Position numbers and translations under genes: made by a program. A DNA stretch of 64,000 bases, from NCBI RefSeq assembly GCF_009834535.1, contig NC_045696.1, forward strand, positions 92,630,001-92,694,000. The letters run 5' to 3'. Below are positions 1 through 13,829 of this stretch, one piece after another (positions within the stretch are counted from its first letter, which is position 1; each line of letters starts with the position of its first letter). This stretch comes from Camelus ferus. Taxonomy: Eukaryota. The notes under the pieces are model-generated. The model saw only the letters and a list, made by a program, of their open reading frames with translations. It did not search any database and was not told the origin of the DNA.

Positions 1-572
1 TTACCTTGGACATTTGTATTCTCCAAAGGCATATACTCCACTTGAATTATTCAAGGTTCAGGTTTCCTGGAACACTCACTCAGAGGACTTTGGAGCTACT
101 GAACTTAGCATACCCAAGAAATAGCCAAACTCCCCCCACAAAGTCTTGATTTTGCTAATCAATGGGCTTCTAGCAAGGTCAAAAGAAGCCACAGGATTCA
201 CCAGTGAACAAACACCCTAAATGAAAAAATTAAGATGGAGCTACTCAAAAGATTTTCATTCAGGAAACTCAGGTTACAGGTTGGTCATCTCTAGCTCTCT
301 AGAGAATTATATCCAAATGGTACAGCTCCAGAAGCATTTCTAAGTAAGTGTAGTAATCGTTTCAGCTCCATAATCTGGCTTAAATCTGATCTGGAGACTT
401 GGCTGCAGCCTAGGGGTCATTCCTCCTCTTTACAAAGGCAAAAAGCAGTAGGAAGAAAGAGATTCTCAAAGAAGCCTGTATAGTTGTTGCAGAGACTTCA
501 AAGCAAGTACTATCTATGTCCACTGCACTATTACCAAACAAGCCCTTGGAGTGTCTCATCTACAACACAACA

Positions 573-983
573 CAGGTATTCCCTGGTTTGAAAGTTCACT
601 TTACGCCACTTCACTTTTGCAAAGATCTACATTAATACCTGTTTTCACAAACCAAAAGAAATCCAGAAAGGATTTAAGCTTTTATGAAAAAGGACAAAAT
701 GTAAAAACAGCATTCAGCGTTTTGTTTTGCAGGTCAGTAGAGACAGCGTAAACCTCAAGCAGCAAGAGTGGAACAGCCAAGCTCCTTCCCCAGGGAACCA
801 CACTCAGCATCAAGCTGCCATAGCTTTGAACTATGTGTATAAACACCTGTTCTTTATCTAGATTTATTTTGTGCATCGTTAGCAAGATGTGTTCTAAAGT
901 AATTGTTCCTTTGCTTTACATCATTTTGGCTTATGGAAGGGTTTCATAGGAATGCTCTACTTTCAGATATCAGGGAAAACCTG
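573..983. mobile_element. TcMar-Tigger family non-autonomous DNA transposon (Tigger9-like)
   Basis: Imperfect TIRs caggtattccctggtttgaaagt / actttcagatatcagggaaaacctg, followed by TA. Confidence 0.7.
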
Positions 984-3899
984 TATAGGTAGCATCATTC
1001 CAGAGTCTGGTCTGTAGCTTTAAACTAATTTAGCTACAAGATCTTTAGCAAATCAGTATCTTTGGCCACCTCTTTTCACCTATATGTTTGACTAAGATTT
1101 TAAGCTGTAACTAGAGAGGCCAGGTATGTCCCTCAGTAACAACTTATTCCAGCTGGGATATGGTTAACCATCAATGCTTGGGCCCCACCAAGATACTAGT
1201 TTAACTGACTTGATTGTAGGGTCTGAGCATTATACAGAATTAACCCAAGTGGTAATAACAGGTATTCCGGGTTGAGAACCGCTAGAAAAGTTAGAATTGG
1301 GTGGAATACCTGGGCCTCTTCAATATATAAGACTAGGATTGGGTGCTGGCATTTTGGTAATTTTGGGGAGATTCCAAATCTCTTCACTTGTCACTAAATG
1401 AAATATTTGGGAATATAAGAGCCAAGGATGCCACCATTACTGTTGTCAAAGCCCTACATTGGTAAAAAAGATTTCCTGGCTCCCAGTATCACCTGTGTGG
1501 CAGCTAAATTACCTAAGGACAAAAGGGGTGCTTTCCAAATGTAGAGACATCCACCTTGCATTCAGTTCCCTGTTAAAATCTAAACTGAGCCAATGAAAGG
1601 AACATCCACCATGGTAATGACTAAGATGTCTTCTCACCACATTCCAACGAGAATTCAGGAAATGGGGAGAGGGGGGTAAGAAAGCAGTAGGGGGAGTAGC
1701 AGAGGAGAGTTGTGTGGAAAGGTAGGAAGAAACAGAGGTGTAACATTGGGCATAAAATTATCAGAGGATTTCCGAGAGACAGTACTATCTCCAGAAACCA
1801 CTCACTCACTTATTGTAACTAAGATGATTAATACTTTGGAAGCACATTTATCCCTGATGGTCAGTTACACACTGAGAACTTCTTGTTAAGCCTTGCCTTG
1901 AAGGGCTCTGGAGCATTGCCTCTTCAACACAGAGAGCACAAAGCCTGGATTCTGGCTCTGTCGACAGCTGTATATAACTGAGTATGGGAGAATTTTCATT
2001 AGTCTCAAAGTCAAAGCATATTCTCTGTCAACTTTTCCAAAAACACATAGTAAAGAGACTGCCACTGGGAACATGTTGACGAGTATCTTCCAAGTGTCAT
2101 GGTCACAACAGAAGAAAGATTCTCAGGTGGTCAAACCTTGCTGATCCATGCCTCAGTTTCAAAAAAACGGGTAATTAATACCTGATTTTACAATGTATTT
2201 TGATGCTTACTGTTGACTGGGTCATATCTGATGCTAAAAGCACTTTAAGAAAGAAAACTATCCCATTTTTCAACTCATCTCCTGCCACGTTTTTTCTTGT
2301 TAATAAGAATTTAGGGCTGGATTTGGTGTAAATATAATTCAACTGCCTCATCTTACATGTAAAAAACAAAAAACAAAAGAAAACAAAAATTCTGAAATGA
2401 CCAGTTTCATACAGCTGTTTAATGGCAAGACAAAGCACTAGAGATGAACAGCCCACCTACCTAACCTGAAAGCCCTCATTCTCTAGAGGTTTGATTCAAG
2501 TTACTCAATAAAACAGACTAACAGGAGATAAGCCCAAACACAGCAAGGAAATAAACTTTTATGACGCTTGTTTGGCTACATGCATGCAGCTACCTTAGGA
2601 TAAAGGAGCGGCAAAAGATGGAAAAACTTGGATAACCCTATCTCCCAGATATATTTAAAGACCTGCTCTCAGAAATTATGCCAGGCTGTTACTTCTAACA
2701 GAGCTGACGATCATAGATGGGGCCATTAAGGTGAGACTAGGTATTTGGTTCTTGAAAACTTTTGCACCTACCAATCTTAGGAATAGATGATGCTTTCACT
2801 AACCTGTCTCCCTTCTTCTATAGGTACAAAGAAACAAAATACGTCTCTTAGATGGAGAGGTAAGTAGGTGAGGGGAATGCAGTCAAGAGCTGCCAAGGAT
2901 AATCAATGATAAATGTTATTGGTCAGGGAGTCACTGTCTTAGACTTGGTCAAAAATAACCATTCCGTAATTTTATATAATTTTAGGTGCCAGAATTTACT
3001 TAAACAAAGGATAACTGGGAATACGGAAACCCTACGTTTAATTCTGAAACTCATTAGGTGACCATTACTAAGTTGACCTTGTTTTCTTAACTGTAAAAGG
3101 GGACTGCAATCTTAACTTTTCTCAGGTCCTCAGATAAAATACTGTGACGGTACAGAGTAAATGTCATATGGCACAAAGCAAAAAGTGCTTTGTAAAAAAA
3201 GAAAAGACACTAAACATTAGGAAATTTGAGTTCTGGAATTTTTTTTTTTACTATATTATATAAAGATATGTTTTGGAGAAACCATTTTTCAGTATTAAGA
3301 TTATATAAAAGGGGTTTAGTGGACAAGTATGAGGAAAACAATAGGTTTAAAAAGTTTAACCATTATTTCTAACTTTAAAATTTCTCAGAGCTCTGAATAT
3401 AATGTATACCATAAATGTCCAAGACGGAAGAACAAGTGAGCAGCACTTTCCAAACTTATATGACCACCCTACCTTGTATCTCTGTGGAATACTATTACAC
3501 AGAACATACTTGATGGGAAAAAAAAATTCTAACTATATATTCTTCCCAGATTCCTATTATTTGCTTGAATACAAAATCGTAAGACACTTTTGCTAGAAGA
3601 ATTCTTTGCACATAAATGCAAATGTTTCTAAGCCTTTTATAGGTTGTCTGTTTCACCTCTAAAATAAATTGACTCCAAATCTGTTAAGGCCAGGCCACTA
3701 ACAAACATATCCTCTTTGCAAAAGGATCCTCTCTGCATTATGAGTATCTCATCATCGGGACAGAAAATGAACCCTTCAAGTTTTGTAGAAGTCAAATACT
3801 CCTTTGTCTCAGATACAAATATCTGTTACAGTACACAGAAGCTTCTCCGTTGCTGGCCAATCAACACAATTTTCTTATCCTCTAGGCCAACCAGAATGA

Positions 3900-5233
3900 A
3901 AGGAAGACTTCTGCCATGTGTATTTTATTGTTCAGCTAACACTGAATCCCAAACAAAATTGTGTACCTGATCCAATGCCAAAGATCCAGAAAATCAGGTA
4001 AGAGGCAGCAACCTGAGATGAAACTGGTATGAGAAATATATGGTAATGTTTTTAAATAGTAACATGAGCTAAAATACTGAGAGAGAAATGGTTGTAGAAT
4101 TTAAATCCAGTGCTGTCTATTTTTATAGTGCTTACATGAATGTTATAAAAGCGTCTGTTAGAAACTGGCAGCAATGGCAGAGCCCTACACCAGTTCTTGG
4201 ATCTTCTCTTACAGCTGGTAGAGAAAAGTACAAAGTTTGGCAATACTCTGCATGGACCCAGACTGGTCACAATCTTCAGAGCAGTAGGTAATAAGCTCGT
4301 CTACCGATTACATGTAAGAGTTCATCTTACAGCTCTTTACTAGAGCATGCAAACTGCAGGCATGCATTTGTAAGCTGTGCGCATGCATGATGGTTTCTGT
4401 GATCTCAGAGATATCCTCTGACCAAACAACATTAAAATGCTCAAATTTATCTATGCTAGACCACAGTCTCTTCTGGAGAGAGAACAGGTAACTTCCTCTG
4501 CAAGGCTATGGAAGTTGGCAATATAAGGCTGGGAAGATAAAGCTCCTTTACTAATGAACAGGTTGACAGCAATATGGAGCATGATTTGAAAACATTTTAA
4601 ACTAAGACTACTCAGTTCCTTCCTCCCATGGCTGTGATGACATAAAATTCAAATTAACTCAACAAATTCCTGGTCTTTTCCATCTTAAGGTAGCTTACCA
4701 CTTCATAGCCCCAGTGTCATGCAAAAGTGGCTGCAACAGATACACGTTTATCTGATATGTTGATCCCTTCCCAGAACCTTTGGAGGAATAAGGTTACTTA
4801 AAAGGAAACTCAGATTCTCCAAAAGGTATACATACTAATTCACACTGGTAGATAATGGGTGTTTCTACCATCACTTGGAAACTGGCAAGAGGACAGAAAT
4901 CTATTACTAGATCGCAAACTCACCCACATCCACACATTTTCGTTGACAGACATTTCAACAGCAATAGTGAGTTTATACATAAAAAACAAGTGAGGCAAAG
5001 GCAAAAGCAGTGTCAATCTGAGTGTAGGCAATGGTGCTTTGATTATACCCGTACAAACTCTTCAGTCCCTTTTAGTTATCCCCAACTCAGCTCTTAAGCC
5101 ATAGGTTTTTGCTGTGGAGAACTCAGATGTGATGTAGTCGTTTCAGTAACTCTTTCGACAGTACTGCACTTCAATACTGGGAATGGTTTCTAATCAATTT
5201 AAACTCACACGGTACTTTAGTAGAACAAGTTTA
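3900..5233 (-). other. GMPS: Presumptive GMPS 3' UTR (end uncertain; AATAAA at 3924-3929)
   Basis: Repeat-poor sequence downstream of the stop; minus-strand AATAAA at 3924-3929. The UTR could be shorter or extend further. Confidence 0.5.
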
Positions 5234-5335
5234 TTACTCCCACTCAGTAGTTCCTGGGGGCTTTGATGTTAAGTCGTACATAATTCGAGAAATGCCAGGA
5301 ATCTTCTTAATCTCAGTGACCATCTTTAACACCAC
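5234..5335 (-). CDS. GMPS: GMPS exon 16 coding part ([11 protein letters not shown]...PPGTTEWE*)
   Basis: Acceptor aacag|GTG; ends GAG TGG GAG TAA, with a second TAA following. Confidence 0.98.
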   Translation of the reverse strand: MVLKMVTEIKKIPGISRIMYDLTSKPPGTTEWE

Positions 5336-6055
5336 CTGTTATAAAACAAAGATTATAAATACAGAGCCAGGGTCCACTGCATGTCCAACAGACCTAGAAG
5401 GCTTGCGTTTGTAATCTGAAATTAAAATGTGATCTATTTTTACTATAATCCTCTATGTATAGGAGATAATCCCGGATTAATTCATGTAGTGACCCTTTAT
5501 AGATTTAAGTGACTTAAACTCAACACTACTCAAAGTGTAGTCAGCAAACTGGTGTCAGTCTGCAAATTATGTTTATTACTGGTCCATAACAAGTGCTTAG
5601 AAACATTTATAGCAGTTTGACATTGCTGTGGCATCCAAGCATGTGATTTTATGGGCGTAAGCCAATGCTTCACAAATGACCTGTGGCCTACAACTCCAAG
5701 GCCAACAAGATGGCACATGATGCACTATAGTAATAACCACTGCTGTGTGGACATAAGAAGGCCTGGTCACTTGACTGTCCAGAGAGACTTGGCAAATGTG
5801 AGCCTAAGGGAAAACAGACTCTAAGACACATTCCCCTACCCAGCTATCTAGCTATAATCAGAGCCTTGGAGCAGTGGTCCAACTAATAAAGTCTGACTTT
5901 GATTTTTATTTGCTATCATGCAAATAGCTCCTTTGAAATACTCTGGTTGAAGAATAACAGGAGAGGGAGACGGTGATCAAAAGTGCAACTGACAGTAACA
6001 CGGGCATTAAGAAATTCAAGGGTGCTTGGCCATAATGCCGTCAAATCTCATCCTT

Positions 6056-6194
6056 GGGGGAAGGGTACAGCTCAGTGGTAGAGCGCATGCTGTCTGTACG
6101 AGGTCCTGGGTTCAATCCCCAGTACCTCTGTTAAATTAAAAAATAAATAAACAAACAAACCTAATTACCTTCCCTGCAAAAAACAAAAACAAAA
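6056..6194 (+). mobile_element. tRNA-derived SINE (camelid Vic-1-like)
   Basis: Head ggggaagggtacagctcagtggtagagc (A box) and ggttcaatccc (B box), A-rich linker and tail; TSD aaatctcatcctt at 6043-6055 and 6195-6207. Confidence 0.9.
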
Positions 6195-6549
6195 AAATCT
6201 CATCCTTATTTCTGATAAACTCTTCTTCATTCCAAGGATTTTCTTTTTTACTTGGAGAATACTATTTATAAAGTAGAGGTTGGTAAGATTAGATAAAATG
6301 ATAGATTAGAGTTGGTTACTCTCCACATAGTAATCAGAAATCTGGAGGGTTTTAATAAATGTAAGGCCTTTTCCTACTATAGTGCATTAAGTAATCAATT
6401 ACGTGGAGATAAAGAAAAAAAAGAACCTGTCTTGTGAACAGAAGACCAACCTCAGAAACATCGACACTGTCACAGCCTATCCCATTCACCATTATTGTAA
6501 AATGTATAAGGTATTAAAAATGTACATTAAGAAAAAATACATAAATTAC

Positions 6550-6722
6550 CTCCACAGGGATCTCATTGCCAGGGGTTGCAGGTATACCAGTCATGAAATC
6601 ACTAGTAATAAAGGTTCTAATAACCACAGATCTCTGGCATGAAGGTTGCTTCTGAAGTGGGTCCCGATCAAAATGTAATGGTGTCAAAATCACCGGCATC
6701 TGGCTGATTTTCCCAGCATACC
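6550..6722 (-). CDS. GMPS: GMPS exon 15 (GYAGKISQMPV...EIPVE)
   Basis: Acceptor tctag|, donor GAG|gtaatt; 173 nt. Confidence 0.98.
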
Positions 6723-6974
6723 CTAGAGAAATGAAGGTAACATGCAGAACCAATCACTACATCATGGAAAAGCACTCTAACCTAGTTCAATTAAATCCTC
6801 CCGGACAATATCTAAAATTGCCTACATACACACACCACTTCTTCAGACTGTCATCATGTACTATTCTCAGTTACTCTCATAGCATTTTAAGTAAACTCAA
6901 TCACAAATACAAGTAACAGAATCTGATAACAGCAGTGGTATGTGACAGTGATGTGAGATATATATATATATATA

Positions 6975-7581
6975 CAGTCAATTCATTATTCATGGTAGTT
7001 ATGTTCTGTACCGCAGACACTAAGTTAGGGAATACTGAACCACTACTCCTAGGGGAAACAGAGTTGGGTTCCTGCAGGCCTCTGGTCATAACATTTTCAT
7101 CAACTGATCAATACACAACCTTGCTTAATGTGTGTTTCTGTTTAAAGACATCTTATTCAATATTTATTGTGGATTCATTAACATTGGACTCACAGCCAAC
7201 AACACCATAACTCATGGCTGAATGAAGCTTATCTAACACACGTATTTTCTCAGTAAGGCACTGCACAGCCTTCCTGTGCTTATCCCAGACAGCACCTCAG
7301 CACTATGCTTGGGGAACATTTTAAAGTGAAATCACCAGCAAAAAGCACAAAAATGCAAAAAACATGACCTTAAATAGACTATAAAAAGGATACATGTTTA
7401 TAGCAAGAGAGCTGAAACAAGAAGACAGAGGGTCGCCTTGTTCAGCCTCAGCTGGGAACATGCAAGTTGGGCAACTCAAATTTTCTGCCACTTTGTGCAT
7501 GTCCACAAAAGACCACAAAGATGAATAAATTTTATATAGATAAGGCAGTATCAAAGAACTACCCAGAATTTAATAATAAAA
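6975..7581. mobile_element. TcMar-Tigger family element (MER82-like)
   Basis: Starts TA|cagtcaattcattattcatggtagttatgttct after a (TA)n run; the body resembles the recalled MER82. Confidence 0.65.
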
Positions 7582-7672
7582 CTAAAAGCTGCATCTTCCT
7601 ACTAGACATCATAATGCCATGCTTCCAAAACCTAGTTAGAACGTGCAGTGATAAACAAAATGGGCAACCTAC

Positions 7673-7803
7673 CAGACTCCCTGAGAATGTTATGGGCCTC
7701 AAAATCAGCTTGGCGTAAAGTACTGAGCACCCCTGTTGTCAAGAAAGTGGGAGTAACGTCTGTAGGAGGTTCTTTAACTGGAGGGCCAAATATATAGACA
7801 ACT
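7673..7803 (-). CDS. GMPS: GMPS exon 14 (VVYIFGPPVKE...ILRES)
   Basis: Acceptor tctag|, donor G|gtaggt; 131 nt. Confidence 0.98.
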
Positions 7804-8055
7804 CTAGAAGTGGGGGAGGTGAAAATTATACAGAAATTATGTTTTAGTATGAGAACCAAGACACATAAAGTAACATTCTTTCCATTTATTCTTAGGCCTC
7901 TCTCTTACCCACTTCAAATCCCCAAATGAGTAGGACAGGATCTAAGATTATAGAAGGTCTATATTCTATGCACCTTCTCAAAGTATATTCTCTGGTATAC
8001 TCGTATCTCAGAATGTGCAAAGACTTTTGAGTATCACAATCATCTTTTCATATAA

Positions 8056-8491
8056 TGTACTGGATTCAAGAGTATCCCCAGAACTTCATGTCCATCTGGA
8101 ATCTGTGGATGGAAACAGGGTCTCTGCAAGGTCAAAAAAAGGTCATAATGGCTTGGGGGTAGGGAGGGCGTTAATCCAATGATTGGTGGGTGTCTTTCTA
8201 AGAAAAAGGAAATCTGGAAACACAGACACACAGAGAAAAGAGGGCCATGTGAAGACGGAGACAAAGACTGGACTTAAACTGTCACAAGTCAATGACTGCC
8301 AGCAAACACCAGAAACCAGGAAGAGGCAAGGAAGGATCCTTGCCTAGAGTTTTCAGAGAGAGCATAGCCCTGCTGACACCACCCTTGATTTCAGATTTCT
8401 GGCCTCCAGAAATGCCAGAGAATAAGTTTCTGTTGTTTTAAGCTTCCCAGTTTGTTGTAATTTGTTACAGTAGCCCTGGGAAATTAATCCA
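8056..8491 (+). mobile_element. MaLR solo LTR (MLT1B/C-like)
   Basis: TG...CA ends; typical ggccatgtgaagacggag and ttctgttgttttaagc...gtaatttgttacagtagcc motifs; 5-bp TSD tataa/cataa. Confidence 0.85.
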
Positions 8492-9415
8492 CATAAGGCT
8501 GGGGAAACAATGAATAAACAGGTTTTATGACAAAACTTCAGAAACTGCAATATGCTAGTATGCACTGGAAACCTCCAATATGAGGCTACAGTGAATTGCC
8601 CAAACTTAGTTGGCTGTCAACTCAACCTTCTTTATCATTTTGGGAAACACTAATCCAAGAAAGATTCTTATTTCCACTTTATTAAAAATGTCACCAAAGT
8701 AAGATCCTTCCAAAAGGAATGACTGACTACTGCTTTAAGCAAATGTCTGTTTGAAAGATATGAAGATACACTGCAGGTGTTAATAAAAGTACAATTTGAA
8801 AGACAGCTTGAGGAAATTAGACTCAAATAATTACAACTTAAGGGGACTCCTGCCACTAGTTAGGGCAATCCGTTTCACAACCTTCTCCCAGAAAACAAGA
8901 GGCAGCAGGGGTAGAACTGAGTGCCACCTAGCTCTTCCCAATCCAACTCTAGCCAGCAGGCAACTGTCCCTTTTCCTTAGCCCTGTCTTTAGCAGAGAAA
9001 ATAAACCCCCCCTGCAACTACCACAGTTGAGGTTTAGTAATGTTTTTTCTTTTTTCTTAATATGTATTTAGAATAAAACGTAAGAAAACAGCATCAGGTC
9101 AAAACCACCACTACCACCAACTACTTCATTGCCTCCTTCCAAACATATTGCAGCAGGAAGGTTTTTGTGTCATGCACAGAAAGCCACAATTTTAAACAAT
9201 ACAGTTCCTAGAGCTCATAAAAAATCCTTAGAGGAAAAAGCTACTAGGCAAAAAAAAAAAAAAAAAAAAAAAAAAAGCCATGAACTTATTCTTTTTATCT
9301 TATTTCTTTCAAACAAGAGTGACCAGATTGTACAGGGATAGGCAGTCTTCCACACTGTATAGAACAATAAAACTGCAACAGTTCTTCTCTGTACAAAGAT
9401 TCAATCATACGAATT

Positions 9416-9433
9416 GGGGGGGGGGGGGGGGGG
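9416..9433 (+). repeat. G18 homopolymer
   Basis: Direct reading. Confidence 0.95.
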
Positions 9434-10880
9434 ACGGTGCTGGCAAAAATTGAAAACTTTTAAAAAAGTTCTTTAAATTCCAAAAGGACTCTGGCAAAGA
9501 AATAGAAAATTCACCAAGACTCTTTAATGGCCTGCTAGGTTCATATCTTAAAATCTAGTTTTTTGTTTATTGGTTATTAGACTGTATTTTTTTTTCTCTT
9601 TTGGGGAGGAAGGAAGGGTTAAGAAAGGAGGGAGAGACAAACAGAGAAAAAAGAAAAGATAGGCAGAGAAACCAGCATATAAAAGGACAAAGATAAAGTG
9701 TAAGCATGAGTGAGTACGTTTAGCAAAAGAAAAAGAGAGAGATGAAACTATAAGAATGTTGTGAAATGAAAAACATACTAATTATACAGTAAAAGCAGTG
9801 GAGCCAAACTTAAGGAAAAGGAACTTTCTGTATGACCTATAAAGTTTATTTAGGTAGTAACATTTTTCAAAAGATGAATGATGAACTATTACTTTAACCA
9901 TGACAGTTACCTCCATTCAAAATAGGCAATTACAAATCTACCATTATTCATTAATAAGTCACTTTTTTCAGTATATTAAACATGCTTCTGTATCTGAGGG
10001 CTTTGGATTCATCTGAGTAAGTTTTTTAAAGGGCGTGTTCCTATCAGTAAAAATGTGATTTTTCTTTAACTCTCTGTCTTAAAGGTCACACCAGCAGACA
10101 GGTATAAAATATACACACCCTGTTAGGTGAACATCAATAGGTAGATTTATAATTTCTGTAGCTAATTTGAGTAAACTGAAGTTTCAAATAATACTTTTTG
10201 GCTGTTATCTGCCTGATACTCATTAAGAAAATAGAAAAGAGTAAACAACTGTGAAATAAGAACATTTAATTAGCATCCGGTACTAAACAAGTATGATTTT
10301 TTTAACTATACATGAAACAATGCAACCATTACACACAGATTATAAATCAGCTGTTGATATACCCAACAGAAGAAATTAATGTGCAAATTAAAGGAAAACT
10401 GGATCTGAAAAACTAAATTCAACGTCAGTTATATATTTAATGCAGTTATTTTAATGATATCTGGCATATGTTTTTCTTTTGATTTACTCTAGGATTATTA
10501 TTAAATTGACCAAGTCTCTAATGGTAATTCTATAACCTGTATAATTTTTTCAGTCCTTCTGGAATAAAACATGTTACCATTAAACAAATAGGTAGTCTAA
10601 GCTCCTAATCAGGAAGACATGTTTTAAAGCTGTTTTTTAATACTGTATACCAAAATGCAAGACTTTCGTATTTCTCCCTTAAACAACAAAAAATTTTAAT
10701 AAGCAGATGACTGCACTGTAATGAGAAAACAAAATACAAGGTATTACCAAATACCTGCTGGATTGTGACCTCAGCACATACCTGTATCTACACTTGAGCC
10801 ACTGGTCTCTCAACAGTGGGGAGACCTTAAAAAAACACATCCTTCCATTACATCTCTCCCCCACCCGCTGCAGAACACAC

Positions 10881-10996
10881 CTGTTAATGTTGTGACACAT
10901 GCGAGGTATAAGCCTAGCCAGAAAAATAAGGGATTCCCAGTCAGGCTCATCCTTACTGGAGATTCCACACACGTAACTGTAAGAACGACAGTCACC
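10881..10996 (-). CDS. GMPS: GMPS exon 13 (GDCRSYSYVCGISS...HNINR)
   Basis: Acceptor tttag|GGT, donor AG|gtgtgt; 116 nt. Confidence 0.98.
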
Positions 10997-13671
10997 CTAA
11001 AAATAAAAATATAATTGATCACTTTTCATGGTTTTATAGAAGCCAAAAGGTGAATTGGAAAATACTTCATGCATGGTAACACCATTAATAGTAATTTAAA
11101 AAATCTTTTGAACAAAAACATACTTGAATAAAAGTATATATGGATAGTTTACTAATAATATAAATAAATCCTAAAATTAAATCCCCTAGTAAATCATACC
11201 TAAATCAGTTCAGACATAAAGAAAGTGTCAAAGTAATTTCAAGAATTTATTCAACATGCACCAGAGATCCATTGCGATTTCATTCCAAATACCTGCCCAA
11301 CTGTAGGTGGCCAGCACACTTAATTTGGCAGACAAGATCTGCCCATGTTTATTAGGTGGATAAAGGATTTTCACGTCAGAGATAAAAATAATTTCATAAA
11401 TATTTACTTATTAATTCCTTTAAAATGAGCAAAGAAAGTTAATTTTAAAGGAAGTGAATAAAACTGGTAATACTGATTCTCATTTCCTTTGTCCTGTTTA
11501 ATCCAAATAATTTGCTTTAAAACAAAAAAAGCCAAAAAAATTAAACTGAAAAGCAACTGAAGAGTAAGAGTCATTAGATAACTACCTAATACCCAGTATA
11601 CTGAGAATATGAGAATTCAGGCTATTTTAATGCTAATAGTATCTATCGAAGTTTAAAATGTATATGCTCTTTCATTAAGGAGATATTACTGAAACACATG
11701 AATAACTGCTTGAAGAAATAAGATATTTCTTATTTGTTACTTGCTGAAACACCTATAATAGTGAAAAAGTAAAAATTATTTACATGTCCGTTGGTAAAAA
11801 ATGGTTAAACAAATTATGGTATAACCATACATGAAATGTAAGGCAGCAGTTAAGAATAAGAGTCTACTGGTAATGGCATGAAAAGATAAGAAGTTCATGA
11901 TGCTCAGTTAAAAGAAAAAAGTGATGAACAATGTGTCCATAATTCCCTTTCATTTTCTTTCCAAAATGTTTCTAGAAAGAACATTTAACTGGTGAGCAGA
12001 AACAGAGAGAATCTTTTTAAATGTACTGCATTTTGAATTTTTTTCTTTACAAGTACAGTTTGATATTTAGAAAATAAACTTCACTGCTATCATAATCATG
12101 AATTATGATTTTTATCTGGGTTTATAAGGGTCTCAGCTTCAAGGGCCTAAGAGACTAGATAAAGTTAAATAACTAACAACAAAAGAAACTTTTATTTTGA
12201 AAGGAAAAGTAGTGGAAATTGAGTAAGTTTTATTTTTTAGAAAAAGAAATCCCTCATCCAACCAATTGTATTACCTCAAACATTTATTTATCTATGACAT
12301 TATCTACGACACTTATCCAAAAAGGGGAGTGAAGAACTAGGTCAGTTCAACTCCCTGTCTAGCAGTATACAGAGCTGGAAGTTCTCTGTAATAGATCCAT
12401 TTAGGACTGAGGAAAAAAAGAAAGAAAGAAAAAAAAAAAATCAACCTATCTGCTCTTCTATTTTTAAATAGTAGAGTAATTTCTGCCTGTAAATCTCGTA
12501 TCTTGAACTTTAAAATGAATTTGTTTATGATAAATGAGATAATCTATACACCATTGAAAGAAAATTATTTCTACAATTCCGGGAAGGGTTATTTCAACAG
12601 TGATTTAAAAACAACATATGTAGCTTACACACAGGGCCTTTAAAAAGGGGAAGAAAGAGGGGGAAAGAGTTCTGTAAACAAAATAGCTGGCCCTATCATT
12701 TCCCTAAACCAAAATATTTTAGTTTAATTTTAAAATAATGAATTTTTATTGTCTTATTTATAGACAGAGCTACATGAATTCAGGAGGAGGAATTTAAATG
12801 GATAGCTCAGATTCAGATATTTAAGAAAAAGTATATTTATCAAGTTTTAGATGAATCTCTAAAACAGATTTAACTTCTTTCCACACATAATTTTACTATA
12901 ATAGAACATTATAATATAAACATATTAACCCACTAACTGGCACTCATGCCATTTTGAGTTGAATTATTGACACGATTTCTAGTTTTCAAATTCTAAATCA
13001 CAGAAAAGAAACCTTCCTCTTCCTTCGTCTCCCAAGCATCTTCCCCCTCAGAAACTCACTTGAGGGTCACATAAATAAAGGAGAACTTAATATAATCTAT
13101 TTATGAATAGCATTTCAATAGTGAGAACTATATTATCCTCACATGCTTTAACACCTGGAAAGACAACAATAAATACAGAAAATGTTAGCTGTACATTATC
13201 ACAGCTAAGAGAGCAAGCAAGGACACAATGAAAAGGCAGAGGGCACTGGTTTCAGGAATACACAATCTGAGAACAAGACCTAAACGGTTTAACGTGTTCA
13301 TCCAGGGACCTTCTTGCAGTTAAAGACTTCTAAAGCCACAGACCATTTCATATCAAGAAAGATAAAATGAGGACATGACCTCTCGGTACCTGTCCTTCAA
13401 GGCAGAAGCAAGCAAGCCAATCCTATAGCAAATCATTCTTTGAATCTTTTTAACTACAGATGACATGTTTCAAAACTACAAAATCTCAGTCTGTATGTTT
13501 CATTCCTATTACCTTACTCACTTCATAAACATTCTTTAAATTTTGCCTTTTTACATCTAAATTTGGTGTATACACTTTCATATTTCATTTGCCTAAGTCA
13601 TTCCTATTTTAATATGAGCAGAAACAGCAGCAGAAAGTTATGTCACAGGTCAATGAATTCACACAACTCAC

Positions 13672-13797
13672 CTGCACACCCACAGTTTTAATTGGTAGCA
13701 GAAAGGCATTCAGTGAATGCAGGCTTGTAATTTGCATCAGCTTCTCCTGATCCTCTTCGGTCGTGCAGGCTTTGACTCTTTGTAATAATGTATGTGG
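13672..13797 (-). CDS. GMPS: GMPS exon 12 (PHTLLQRVKAC...KTVGVQ)
   Basis: Acceptor cccag|CCA, donor CAG|gtgagt; 126 nt. Confidence 0.98.
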
Positions 13798-13829
13798 CTG
13801 GGAAAACCAAAGACACACTTCTTGGGGTT

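Noticed and set aside
5162..5179. Seed matches for miR-200bc/429 (CAGUAUU) and miR-217 (UGCAGUA) near the stop
   Set aside because: Single 7-mers arise often by chance, and conservation cannot be assessed here.
6056..6130. tRNA-Ala-like sequences here and at 45731, 47731, 52632, 52891 and 55612
   Set aside because: They are SINE heads with A-rich tails and TSDs, not tRNA genes.
9911..10040. Possible 130-nt poison exon in intron 13 (ttttactgatag|...GAG|gtaact)
   Set aside because: The pyrimidine tract is short and such splice-site pairs are common by chance; it needs RNA-seq or conservation evidence.
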